A stretch of 39,598 bases of DNA, from contig PSLB01000004.1 in assembly GCA_040289385.1 (NCBI GenBank), forward strand, positions 1 through 39,598, read 5' to 3'. Origin of the DNA: Armatimonadota bacterium. GTDB taxonomy: Bacteria; Armatimonadota; Fimbriimonadia; Fimbriimonadales; GBS-DC. This document shows positions 18,033 through 28,474 of the stretch, piece after piece. The position numbers were made by a program, and so were the translations under genes. The notes beneath the pieces are model-generated. The model did not search any database, was not told the origin of the DNA, and saw only the letters and a list, made by a program, of their open reading frames with translations. Position 1 is the first letter of the stretch. Every line of letters begins with the position of its first letter.

Positions 18033-18956
18033 TTGGACATGGCGCAAGGCGCTTCGGTTCCGAAAAAGGTTCAACAAGTTCTCGGCAGGTGGGGCTTGTA
18101 TAGGGCGTGGGGCGTGTTTCGCTGGCTTCCGATGAGAGTGGCGATCCGATTGGGCGCAGGGCTCGGCTTGCTGGGATATGGGCTGGTGGGGCGGTATCGG
18201 CGCGTGGCACTTGCGAATCTTCAGCGGGCGTTCCCCGAATGGTCGCAGGCGCAGGTGAAGGCCACTGCTAGGCGCGTGTTTCGCAACTTCGGGGTTGCAC
18301 TGGCAGAGTTCCTCAAAGCGCCTTCGATGACCTTGCCCCAGATTGAGCAGCGCCTGCAGGTGGAAGGATTGGAGTTTCTCGATTCGGCGTTTCGCGAGGG
18401 CAAAGGCGTTTTGTTGATTACGGGGCACTTTGGCAACTGGGAGCTGATGGCGCGCTATCTGTGTATGCGAGGCTATCCCATCTCGGTAATCGCTCGGGAT
18501 ACTGACGATCCTGCCGCCACCGCGCTGGTCACACTGATTCGAGAACGCAGTGGGTACAAGGTGATTCCGCGCGGGCATGCTGCGCGCCCCGTTCTCAAAG
18601 CGCTTCGCAATAACGAGGCGGTCGGCATCCTGCCCGATCAGAACGCAGGCGATGTTTTCGTCGAGTTTTTCGGTCAGAAGGCGGGCAGTGTTGCCGGCCC
18701 TGCAATCTTTCACCTGCGGACTGGCGCGCCGATAGTGCCGCTGTTCAATGTGCGTCTGCCCGGCGACTACCATCGGGTAGAGATTCTGCCCCCGCTCCGC
18801 TTCGAGCCCACAGGGGATATACGAGCCGACAGCCAGCGGATTATGCAAGCCCTACACGACATTTTGGAGCGCTACATCCGCCGCTATCCCGACCAGTGGC
18901 TCTGGTTACATGACCGCTGGAAGTCCGCCCGCAAGCGCGGGATGCGGAGTGGATGA
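18033..18956 (+). CDS. Lipid A biosynthesis (Kdo2-lipid IVA) acyltransferase, LpxL/HtrB family
   Basis: [10 protein letters not shown]...[11 protein letters not shown] (an H-x4-E acyltransferase motif)...PDQN...[13 protein letters not shown]. Confidence 0.8.
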   Translation: MDMAQGASVPKKVQQVLGRWGLYRAWGVFRWLPMRVAIRLGAGLGLLGYGLVGRYRRVALANLQRAFPEWSQAQVKATARRVFRNFGVALAEFLKAPSMTLPQIEQRLQVEGLEFLDSAFREGKGVLLITGHFGNWELMARYLCMRGYPISVIARDTDDPAATALVTLIRERSGYKVIPRGHAARPVLKALRNNEAVGILPDQNAGDVFVEFFGQKAGSVAGPAIFHLRTGAPIVPLFNVRLPGDYHRVEILPPLRFEPTGDIRADSQRIMQALHDILERYIRRYPDQWLWLHDRWKSARKRGMRSG

Positions 18957-19234
18957 CGCCTGCGTTCGCTACAAGGAGGTCTAACTGTCCAAACGTTGCA
19001 CCGTGCGCCGAACGGTCTTGGCAACCTCCGCTTCAGACCGGCCATCGCACGGCTGAGCGAGCGTGCGGCAGTGGGGTTAGGTCTCCTAAAGGGCGCGTGC
19101 CACCCGTGTCAGACGCTCCGCCTACACATCAGGGTCAGTCCTCGGCACTCCTCTTGTGCTAATCGCCAAGCGATAGCTTCGCCCAACCTCTGCACACTGC
19201 CTGTGACCCAGGCGAATTGCCCTGCCAACTGCAT
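18957..19234 (-). pseudogene. Remnant of a short-chain dehydrogenase/reductase (N-terminal ~95 codons, frameshifted, truncated at the lpxL end)
   Basis: Three frames together read MQLAGQFAWVTGSVQRLGEAIAWRLAQE.., SEAEVAKTVRRTVQR and [14 protein letters not shown]. These are the Rossmann TGxxxxxG motif and the NAG motif in the correct order. There are stops and frameshifts between the pieces, and no SDR signal continues past 18957. Confidence 0.55.
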
Positions 19235-19239
19235 CGGCT

Positions 19240-19566
19240 TCACGCTCCTATCGGCTCGATACGGACCGCGGTTCCGTAGACCAAAATTTCGGCGGAGTTT
19301 TGCGTGATGTTGCCAGAGACATAGCGCACATTCACGATGGCGTTTGCACCGAGCTTGGTTGCCTCTTCTATCATGCGCTGTTCCGCCTCTGCCCGTGCAT
19401 TGGTTAACATCTCCGTGTACTCTTTGAGTTCGCCGCCTACAATCTGGCGGAGCGAAGCCAAGATATCGCGCCCCAAGTGGGTCGCACGCACCGTGTTGCC
19501 TTTGACGATGCCTAACACGCGTACCGTACGATAGCCAGGCACCTCTGCTAAGTTGGTGATAACCAT
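19240..19566 (-). CDS. ybjQ: YbjQ family protein (UPF0145, heavy-metal-binding-like)
   Basis: 108 aa: TNLAEVPGYRTVRVLGIVKGNTVRATHLGRDILASLRQIVGGELKEYTEML...A.EQRMIEEATKLGANAIVNVRY. Confidence 0.85.
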   Translation of the reverse strand: MVITNLAEVPGYRTVRVLGIVKGNTVRATHLGRDILASLRQIVGGELKEYTEMLTNARAEAEQRMIEEATKLGANAIVNVRYVSGNITQNSAEILVYGTAVRIEPIGA

Positions 19567-19680
19567 TTTGCACCTCCGCCCATAGGTTCGGTACTGTTGC
19601 TACCGTTCCTGCTTGTACGGCGTGTTCTCCAATCGCTGGCTCGCATCTGCATCCACACCGAAATGGGCTATAATAGCATC

Positions 19681-21372
19681 ATGCGAATAAGAACGAGCCT
19701 TTGGGTGGGTTTATGGAGCCTTATTGGGAGCGTCTATGGGCAGGCACTGGTCGATACGAGCCTTACATACGATATAGTCGTCGCTTCGGGACTGACCACC
19801 CCTATTGCGATTGCGTTTCTTAACCCTGCAGAGGCGAACCGCTTCTTTGTGATTGAGAAAAACACAGGGCGGGTCAAGCTTGTGGAGAATGGGGCGGTGG
19901 TTGCTACCGTGCTGGATTTGCCCGTGAACAACGCCAGCGAGCGCGGTCTTTTAGGGATTGCCCTTCACCCAGATTTCGCCAGCAACGGCTATGTTTATTT
20001 GTACTACACCCGCTCCAGTACGGGAACGGATACCTCGACCCAATCCGCCTGGACAGACAATCGTGTGGAGCGCTACACTTGGAACGGCTCCAGTTTGGCG
20101 AATCCCACCCTTATCGTCTCTTTTCCGCGCGATACCAGCCAGAACAACGGACCCAACCATGATGGCGGCGTGATTCTGTTCGGTCCGGAGGGCTTGCTGT
20201 ATGGGGTCACGGGCGATTTGAATCGGGGCACGCTTACCAACGGGCGCATCGAACAGAACACTAGCACCACAGCCGCTGCAGGGGTTGGCGGGATCTTCCG
20301 CCTGAACCCTGATGGTTCCATCCCACCCGATAACCCCTTTATTTCCCATGCAAATGAGCGTATCCAACGGCTATGGGCGTACGGCATTCGCAACAGCTTC
20401 GGCATGGTGTTCGATGCACTGACTGCGCGCTTGTGGCTGACCGAAAACGGACCGAATGTCTACGACGAGATCAACCTTGTCGAACGGGGCTTCAATAGTG
20501 GATGGCTCAAGATTATGGGACCCGATTCCCGCAATGCTACCTATGCCGAGAACGGCAACACCCCCTACAACGCCAGCGATTTGGTCTATCTGCCCAACGC
20601 CTACTATGCTGACCCCCTCTTCTCGTGGTTGACACCGATAGGGGTCACCAGTATCCAGTTTTTGCGTTCTGCGCGTTTCGATTCGAGCTTACGCGACCAG
20701 GCAGTGGTAGGGGAGTCGAACAACGGACAGCTTTACCTGTTTCGACTGAAGTCCACACGCGATGACTTTGACCTAACGGGCGCGTTAGCCGATCGCGTTG
20801 CCGATACAGCCACCGAGCGCAACAGTCTCACTTGGGGAACCAACTGGGGGATCGTGACCGATCTCAAAATTGGTCCGGACGGCTACCTATATGGGGTCTC
20901 GCTCTTTGCCAATCGGGTTTACCGCATCCGTCCTGTGAACCCGCCTCCGATTCTGAACGGGCGTGTGCTTTTGAATGGGCGTGCAGGTCTCCCACTCGGT
21001 GTGCCCTTGAGTCTCACTCTCCTGCAGAACGGCACTCCTGTGGAGACGATTGCAACACAGTTGGATGCTTATGGGCAGTTCTCCGAGCGGATTGCTGCAT
21101 CGGGTACCTACACGGTGCGTGCCAAAGCAGGCTCCTACTTATCGGTGAGCGTGTCGAATGTCACAGTCGGCGCAAGCGGGTTCGCTTACCTGCCTCTTCA
21201 GTTTACCGTCAATGGCGATGTGAACGGCGATGACCAGACCGACGATGCCGACCTGCTGAGTGTGCTGTTCGACTTTGGGCAAAGTGAGTCGCCAGCAGAT
21301 CTCAATAACGATGGCACGGTGGATGATGCGGATCTGTTGATTGTGCTGTTCAATTTTGGTTCCAGTGGATAG
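19681..21372 (+). CDS. Secreted PQQ-dependent (glucose/sorbosone-type) sugar dehydrogenase beta-propeller, with a C-terminal beta-sandwich and dockerin-like double repeat
   Basis: Signal peptide MRIRTSLWVGLWSLIGSVYGQ. GSDH motifs are present: ERGLLGIALHPDF, NHDGGVILFGPEGLLYGVTGD, AYGIRNSFGMVFD and ENGP..DEIN. The C-terminus reads VNGDDQTDDADLLSVLFDFG...NNDGTVDDADLLIVLFNFG. Alternative in-frame starts exist at 19663 and 19597. Confidence 0.85.
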   Translation: MRIRTSLWVGLWSLIGSVYGQALVDTSLTYDIVVASGLTTPIAIAFLNPAEANRFFVIEKNTGRVKLVENGAVVATVLDLPVNNASERGLLGIALHPDFASNGYVYLYYTRSSTGTDTSTQSAWTDNRVERYTWNGSSLANPTLIVSFPRDTSQNNGPNHDGGVILFGPEGLLYGVTGDLNRGTLTNGRIEQNTSTTAAAGVGGIFRLNPDGSIPPDNPFISHANERIQRLWAYGIRNSFGMVFDALTARLWLTENGPNVYDEINLVERGFNSGWLKIMGPDSRNATYAENGNTPYNASDLVYLPNAYYADPLFSWLTPIGVTSIQFLRSARFDSSLRDQAVVGESNNGQLYLFRLKSTRDDFDLTGALADRVADTATERNSLTWGTNWGIVTDLKIGPDGYLYGVSLFANRVYRIRPVNPPPILNGRVLLNGRAGLPLGVPLSLTLLQNGTPVETIATQLDAYGQFSERIAASGTYTVRAKAGSYLSVSVSNVTVGASGFAYLPLQFTVNGDVNGDDQTDDADLLSVLFDFGQSESPADLNNDGTVDDADLLIVLFNFGSSG

Positions 21373-21420
21373 CAGGAGATTTTGCGGTTTGGGTGAAACC
21401 CGCGTTCTGAGGAGAAGACA

Positions 21421-22260
21421 ATGCATGTTGGCATTCTGACCGCACCGTTCGGAAACGAACCGATCGAGACAGTTTTTGAGTTCGCACGCCAGCACGGCTT
21501 CAGGTCGTTGGAGTTGGCTTGCGGATACGGACATCCCCACCTAAACCTCGAGAGCCCAGACCTTGACAGGCTCAAACGCCTGATGGAAACGACGGGTGTC
21601 AGGCTCTCCGCGATAGCCTTCTACACCAACAACACTCATCCCGATCCCGCAGAACGCCAACGTAACAACGACGGCGTGCGCAAAGCGATTGATATCGCGC
21701 ATGCCCTGGGAGTGTCGGTTGTCTGCACGCTGGCAGGGCATCCTGTGCCCAGTAAAAGCAAGATGCAGACCATCGAAGAGGATTGTGCCCAAGTGTTTCG
21801 CCCTCTGGCAGAGTACGCCGGGGAACGGGGCATCAACCTCTCGTTGGAAAACTGGTTTGCGACCAATATTCAGGCGTTGGATCACTGGCAACGGCTGTTC
21901 GAGGTGGTGCCTGCGCCCAACTTCGGGCTGAACTTTGACCCCTCACACTTGCTGTGGCAACAGATCGATTACATTAACGCAGTCTTTCTGTTCGGCTCAC
22001 GAATCTTCCACACGCATGCCAAAGACACCGAGGTGATGCGTCAGCGGCTGGAATATGTGGGCAATCAGGGAACGGGTTGGTGGCGTTACGTGATTCCGGG
22101 GTTGGGACTGGTGCGCTGGGGCGAGTATATCGGTGCCTTGCGACGCGTCGGCTACAATGGGGTCCTTTCTATCGAACACGAAGATAGCGCCGTAGGGCGT
22201 GAGGAAGGGTTTCTCATCGGCCGGCGCTACTTGCAACAGTTCCTTGCGGAGGAGTCTTAG
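21421..22260 (+). CDS. Sugar phosphate isomerase/epimerase (xylose isomerase-like TIM barrel)
   Basis: 279 aa with family-typical blocks: G..S.E., INLSLENW, FDPSHLLWQ, HAKD, SIEHED. Confidence 0.85.
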   Translation: MHVGILTAPFGNEPIETVFEFARQHGFRSLELACGYGHPHLNLESPDLDRLKRLMETTGVRLSAIAFYTNNTHPDPAERQRNNDGVRKAIDIAHALGVSVVCTLAGHPVPSKSKMQTIEEDCAQVFRPLAEYAGERGINLSLENWFATNIQALDHWQRLFEVVPAPNFGLNFDPSHLLWQQIDYINAVFLFGSRIFHTHAKDTEVMRQRLEYVGNQGTGWWRYVIPGLGLVRWGEYIGALRRVGYNGVLSIEHEDSAVGREEGFLIGRRYLQQFLAEES

Positions 22261-22262
22261 CG

Positions 22263-23138
22263 ATGCGCTCTATCGGGCTCTGAGGGATTATTTTTCTGAT
22301 GCTAATAGTGCTGTGGGCACAAGCGGAGCCTACACCCCAAACAGTGCTGAATCGGCTTGTGCAGAAGGCACGCACGACGCGTGCCTATGCCTATCATTGG
22401 GAGCTCCAACAGCGCGACCCCCGCACCAATAAACTGGGCGAGAAGCAGGTCTACAAACTGGAACTGCTCAAGCCGCCCTACCGCAAGTTGACCATTATTC
22501 AGCGCGACCCTTTCAGTAACGGCGCTGTACTGATCTACAATCCCGATAAGGATAGAAAGTTCATGCACGCAAAGGATTGATCCACCGCACCTACGCGACG
22601 GACGATCCCGAAATAGCCGACTTCTTCCGAACCGATCTAGAGTCAACTACCCCACGGCTAAAGCCGGGGGCTTACCCTCGCCCGGCAAGCCGGGCAGGGC
22701 TTCGGGGCCGGTTGACGACGGCCCACCGTCCCGAGAGACGGTATAGCGGTTGCGGATATTCCTGGCAGCGTTGATGTCCGCATGCTCGCATTATACCACA
22801 TGATGATGGAAGGGAGGGAGCGCCGCCTCCTCCCCAGGGCTCAAGCCCGGGGCTCCCGGCGGCGCGTCCAAGAGGTGGATTGCGAAGGATATTCAACGCC
22901 TCTTCAAAGGCGCGAGAGCAGAACCCGTTCGGCGTGTGAAATACAACCGTCGCGACTGCTATCTGCTTGCTTTCACCACAAAGGATCAGACCTACACGCG
23001 CGTTGTGCTGTGGTTGGAAGTGAACGACTCGATGCCCCTCCGCATCGAGCCATCATGAATGCGAAGGGTCTTTACTCTGTGCGGGTGTATACCGATTACT
23101 CTTTCCCCAATCTGCGGGTAGGTGATTCCTCAGTGTGA
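22263..23138 (+). pseudogene. Decayed LolA-like / outer-membrane lipoprotein-sorting-fold gene, interrupted by repeat copy 2
   Basis: The signal peptide MRSIGL*GIIFLMLIVLWAQA carries an in-frame TGA at 22281-22283. There is a frame change near 22575 (..FMHAKD* then IHRTYATDDPEIADFFRTDLE). A 237-bp insertion follows, after which the gene resumes as IAKDIQRLFKG...VVLWLEVNDSMPLRIE. A second frame change near 23050 leads into NAKGLYSVRVYTDYSFPNLRVGD. Confidence 0.6.
22642..22878 (-). mobile_element. Hairpin-ended 237-bp repeat, copy 2, inverted relative to copy 1 and inserted in the LolA-like gene
   Basis: Two mismatches to copy 1 (22663 and 22674). Hairpins lie at 22650-22670 and 22832-22852. 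The internal TGgTATAAT is on the minus strand at 22790-22798. The host reading frame is recognisable on both sides. Confidence 0.85.
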
Positions 23139-23444
23139 GGGAGGAACCCCTCGAAAGCTAGCGTACCGAAACCCGCCCCGCACGAAATTCGTAGTATAAT
23201 ATTAGGTGGGGCGCCCCATCATAGAGGGGCTATCCTTCACAATTGGGTGCATCGGCAAAGTTGCCTCCGCACGCCAGAGAGGCTTTAGGGTTTTTCTCGG
23301 CGTCTATGGAACAATTCCTCTACAAAGGCGTGGAACTCCCTGCAACCGTTGGAGAGTCTAACCGATAATCATGGTGAGTGGCATCGGGGGAACCGTTCCA
23401 GCAGGGGGCAGTGACCATGCACTCGACCCACTAAGGGGGTAAAA

Positions 23445-25376
23445 ATGATGAGCGCATCGGATTTCTTGCGCCAGATTGAAGAGCAACGCCGTCTGGAAAA
23501 ACAGGTGGCATGGGAAGGCACTTTTCGGGACTATCTGGAGATCGTCCAGAAGAATCCGAAGGTGGCGAACCTGGCTCATGCACGCATCTATGATATGATT
23601 CTGAGCGCGGGCGTCGATGAACGCGGCGAGGGACAGCCGCGCGAGTACCGATTCTTCACCTCCGAACTGTTTGGCCTGGAGCGCACCCTCCAGCAACTGG
23701 TAGAGGAATACTTCGCCCCTGCCGCACGCAGGCTAGATGTGCGCAAACGGATTCTGCTCCTTGTCGGTCCGGTTGGTGGGGGGAAGTCGACCCTTGTGAC
23801 CATGCTCAAGCGCGGGCTGGAGCGCTACTCTCGCACCGACGAAGGCACCGTCTATGCCATCAAAGATTGCCCCATGCACGAGGAACCGCTCCACTTAGTC
23901 CCTGAAGAGTTGCGCGCCGATTTCAAACGCCAGTTTGGGGTGCATATCGAAGGTGACCTCTGCCCCGTGTGCCAGTGGAAACTCAAAAATGAGTGGGGCG
24001 AGCGTATCGAGAATGTGCCCGTTGTGCGCATCAAGTTCTCCGAGAGGGAACGCATCGGCATCGGAACCTTCAAGCCTTCGGACCCCAAGTCGCAGGATGT
24101 TTCGGAGCTGACTGGCAGCGTCAATCTGAGCTTGTTGACCCAGATCGGGGTCGAATCGGACCCGCGTGTCTATAACTTCGACGGCGAGCTGAATAAATCC
24201 AATCGCGGGATCATGGAGTTCATCGAGATGCTCAAGGCGGACAAGCGGTTCCTCTACGAACTGAACACCGTCGCCGGCGAACAGATGATTAAAATCGGGC
24301 GATTCGCCCTGATCTATACCGATGTGGTCGTTATCGCCCATACCAACGAGTACGAATACAACGCCTATTTCTCTAATAAAGAGAACGAGGCGATGATCGA
24401 CCGCATGTTCGTGGTCAAAGTGCCGTACAACCTGCGTGTGTCGGAAGAGGTGCGAATCTACGACAAGCTCATCCAGCAATCGCAATTCAGCGACGAGACC
24501 GAAGACCTTTCCAAGGTGCATATCGCACCGCATGCCCTGCACGTGGCGGCGATGTTCGCCGTGCTGAGCCGTCTCAAGCCCCCTAAGAAAAGCGGCATGT
24601 CGCTGATGACCAAGATGAAGCTCTACGATGGCGAGCAGCAAGTCGGTGATTGGGATCAACGCCATGTGAAGGAACTGCGCGATGAGTACCCCGAAGAGGG
24701 GCTCTCGGGTGTCTCACCTCGGTTCATTCTGAATCGCCTCTCCGCCGCGATGGTCAAGGGGCGCCAGTGCATCACGCCTATCGATATCTTACGCTCCATT
24801 CGAGACGGGCTGACCGAATACACCAACAACGACGAGGAACGCAAGAAGCTGCTCACCTTCCTCGATGATGTGCGCAAAGAGTACGACGAGCTGATCAAAA
24901 AAGAGGTTCAGCGATCCTTCGTCTACAGCTACGAGGAAGCCGCGCACACCCTCTTGGAGAACTACTTGGACAATGTGGACGCCTACTGCAACAAGACCAA
25001 AGTGCGCGACCCAATTACGGGCGAGGAGGTCGACCCCGATGAGAAACTGATGCGGAGTATCGAAGAGCAGATTGGGGTCTCCGAGAATGCCAAGCGCGAG
25101 TTTCGCGAGGGGATTATGCGTTCGGTGGCCTCGCTGGCGCGCCGCGGCGTGCGCTTCGAAATCGGCAGTGATGAACGCCTGCGCGAAGCTATCGAACGCA
25201 AGCTGTTCGCCGACCTCAAAGATGTGGTGAAGATCACCACCTCCGTACGCACACCCGATCCTGAACAGCTGCGTAAAATCAACGAAGTGGTCAACCGCAT
25301 GGTGGAGCAAGGTGGATACTGTCCCATCTGTGCGAACGAGGCTCTGCGCTATGTGGGCACTCTGCTGAACCGCTGA
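23445..25376 (+). CDS. prkA: PrkA family serine protein kinase (AAA+-like)
   Basis: 643 aa. N-terminus FRDYLEIVQKNPKVANLAHARIYDMI, P-loop GPVGGGKST, CPMHEEPLHL..CPVC and the ELNKSNRGIMEFIEMLK block. An AGGGGG RBS is present. Confidence 0.95.
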   Translation: MMSASDFLRQIEEQRRLEKQVAWEGTFRDYLEIVQKNPKVANLAHARIYDMILSAGVDERGEGQPREYRFFTSELFGLERTLQQLVEEYFAPAARRLDVRKRILLLVGPVGGGKSTLVTMLKRGLERYSRTDEGTVYAIKDCPMHEEPLHLVPEELRADFKRQFGVHIEGDLCPVCQWKLKNEWGERIENVPVVRIKFSERERIGIGTFKPSDPKSQDVSELTGSVNLSLLTQIGVESDPRVYNFDGELNKSNRGIMEFIEMLKADKRFLYELNTVAGEQMIKIGRFALIYTDVVVIAHTNEYEYNAYFSNKENEAMIDRMFVVKVPYNLRVSEEVRIYDKLIQQSQFSDETEDLSKVHIAPHALHVAAMFAVLSRLKPPKKSGMSLMTKMKLYDGEQQVGDWDQRHVKELRDEYPEEGLSGVSPRFILNRLSAAMVKGRQCITPIDILRSIRDGLTEYTNNDEERKKLLTFLDDVRKEYDELIKKEVQRSFVYSYEEAAHTLLENYLDNVDAYCNKTKVRDPITGEEVDPDEKLMRSIEEQIGVSENAKREFREGIMRSVASLARRGVRFEIGSDERLREAIERKLFADLKDVVKITTSVRTPDPEQLRKINEVVNRMVEQGGYCPICANEALRYVGTLLNR

Positions 25377-25413
25377 GGTGGGTTCCGGAGAGCTCCTTTA
25401 CAGAAAAGGGGGT

Positions 25414-25437
25414 GTGGGGGGGTCTAATGCCCCCCAC
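25414..25437 (+). terminator. GC hairpin downstream of prkA (GTGGGGGG-N8-CCCCCCAC), no U-tract
   Basis: Read directly 38 nt after the prkA stop. Confidence 0.35.
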
Positions 25438-25495
25438 CTCAGGTCACGCGCCAGCGTACCTTGGTCTTGGCCTTGCAGCAGCCTCGCTTTTGCTA

Positions 25496-25512
25496 TAGTC
25501 AACTACCCCATA
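25496..25512 (-). repeat. Solo 17-nt copy of the repeat-family terminus (TAGTCAACTACCCCATA)
   Basis: Identical over 17 nt to the end of the edge copy at 39522-39538. The 5' arm of the hairpin and the rest of the element are absent. Confidence 0.4.
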
Positions 25513-25635
25513 ATGGTCTCATGCCCATCGCGCTCTCACCTCCCGAGTATGCCCCTCACATCGGTGTTCGCTGTTAGAAACCATCCTGCACGGTATAATT
25601 CGTATCAGTGAGCGTACGGTAAGGTATCCACAACA

Positions 25636-26331
25636 ATGAACGAGCAGATCGCACCCTCAGCAGTGGTACTGTTCTCTGGGGGACAGGACAGCACCACATG
25701 CCTCTATTGGGCAAAAAGACGGTTCGACGCCCTCTATGCGCTCAGCTTCGATTACGGTCAGCGACACCGCATCGAACTGGACGCCGCGCGCACAATCGCC
25801 CAGATGGCAGGGGTAGCACAACACCGAATCGTGAAGGTGAGCGCGCTGGAACAACTGGGGGATTCCGCCCTGCTCACCGACGCCCCAATCCAAGAGACAG
25901 GGGGGCGGGGCAACCTGCCCAACACCTTCGTTCCCGGACGCAACTTGCTCTTCCTCGTGCTGGCAGCCGCCTGGGCATACCAACTGGAGTGCCACCATCT
26001 GGTCGGTGGGATGTGCCAGACCGACTACTCTGGCTATCCCGACTGCCGCCGCGCGACCCTTGACACGCTGGAGCAAGCCCTCCAACTCGGCATGGAGTGG
26101 GAGATCCACATTCACACCCCGCTCATGTTCCTCACAAAGGCAGAAAGTGCCCGATTGGCGATGGAGGTGGGTGCGATGGAGGCACTGGCTTACTCCCACA
26201 CCTGTTATGAAGGGCGATTTCCGCCTTGTGGCACCTGCCCCGCCTGTCGCCTGCGGGCAAAAGGATTCGCGGAAGCCGGCATCCCAGACCCCCTGCTCCT
26301 CCGCTGGCACGCCGCCACCCAACGCGGATAG
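25636..26331 (+). CDS. queC: 7-cyano-7-deazaguanine synthase
   Basis: VVLFSGGQDSTTCLYWA (PP-loop), NTFVPGRN and the C-terminal Zn cysteine cluster C..C..C..C (CYEGRFPPCGTCPAC). A TATAAT box lies at 25592-25597 upstream. Confidence 0.95.
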   Translation: MNEQIAPSAVVLFSGGQDSTTCLYWAKRRFDALYALSFDYGQRHRIELDAARTIAQMAGVAQHRIVKVSALEQLGDSALLTDAPIQETGGRGNLPNTFVPGRNLLFLVLAAAWAYQLECHHLVGGMCQTDYSGYPDCRRATLDTLEQALQLGMEWEIHIHTPLMFLTKAESARLAMEVGAMEALAYSHTCYEGRFPPCGTCPACRLRAKGFAEAGIPDPLLLRWHAATQRG

Positions 26332-26398
26332 TTGTGATGGGGCATTATCGCTCAGACGTTCTGTTTCAGGTATACTCATGTCGACACGCAATCGGTAG

Positions 26399-28471
<2,073 letters not shown>

Positions 28472-28474
28472 GCG

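Noticed and set aside
17958-18848. N-terminal 297-aa extension of the 566-aa minus-strand ORF.
   Set aside because: It is antisense to the well-supported lpxL-like gene. The pseudopilin has its own ATG with an RBS at 17957, followed directly by the class III signal peptide.
22642-22716. The terminal 75-nt domain of the repeat (GTCAAC...GTTGAC) as an integron attC site.
   Set aside because: The ends do not fit RYYYAAC/GTTRRRY. The fold is two separate hairpins inside a short closing helix rather than one long bulged stem. No integrase or cassette array is present.
22795-22815. Hammerhead-like CUGAUGA core inside the repeat (catgatgatggaaggg).
   Set aside because: The sequence is AUGAUGA rather than CUGAUGA, and no matching GAAA/helix arrangement could be assembled.
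23306-23368. 20-codon ORF (MEQFLYKGVELPATVGESNR) in the prkA leader.
   Set aside because: It has no RBS and no recognisable motif, and conservation cannot be assessed.
25438-25635. Possible preQ1 riboswitch upstream of queC.
   Set aside because: No small hairpin followed by the A-rich CTA tail typical of preQ1-I was seen, and there is no obvious preQ1-II/III pseudoknot. The CTACCCCA string there belongs to the repeat-family terminus.
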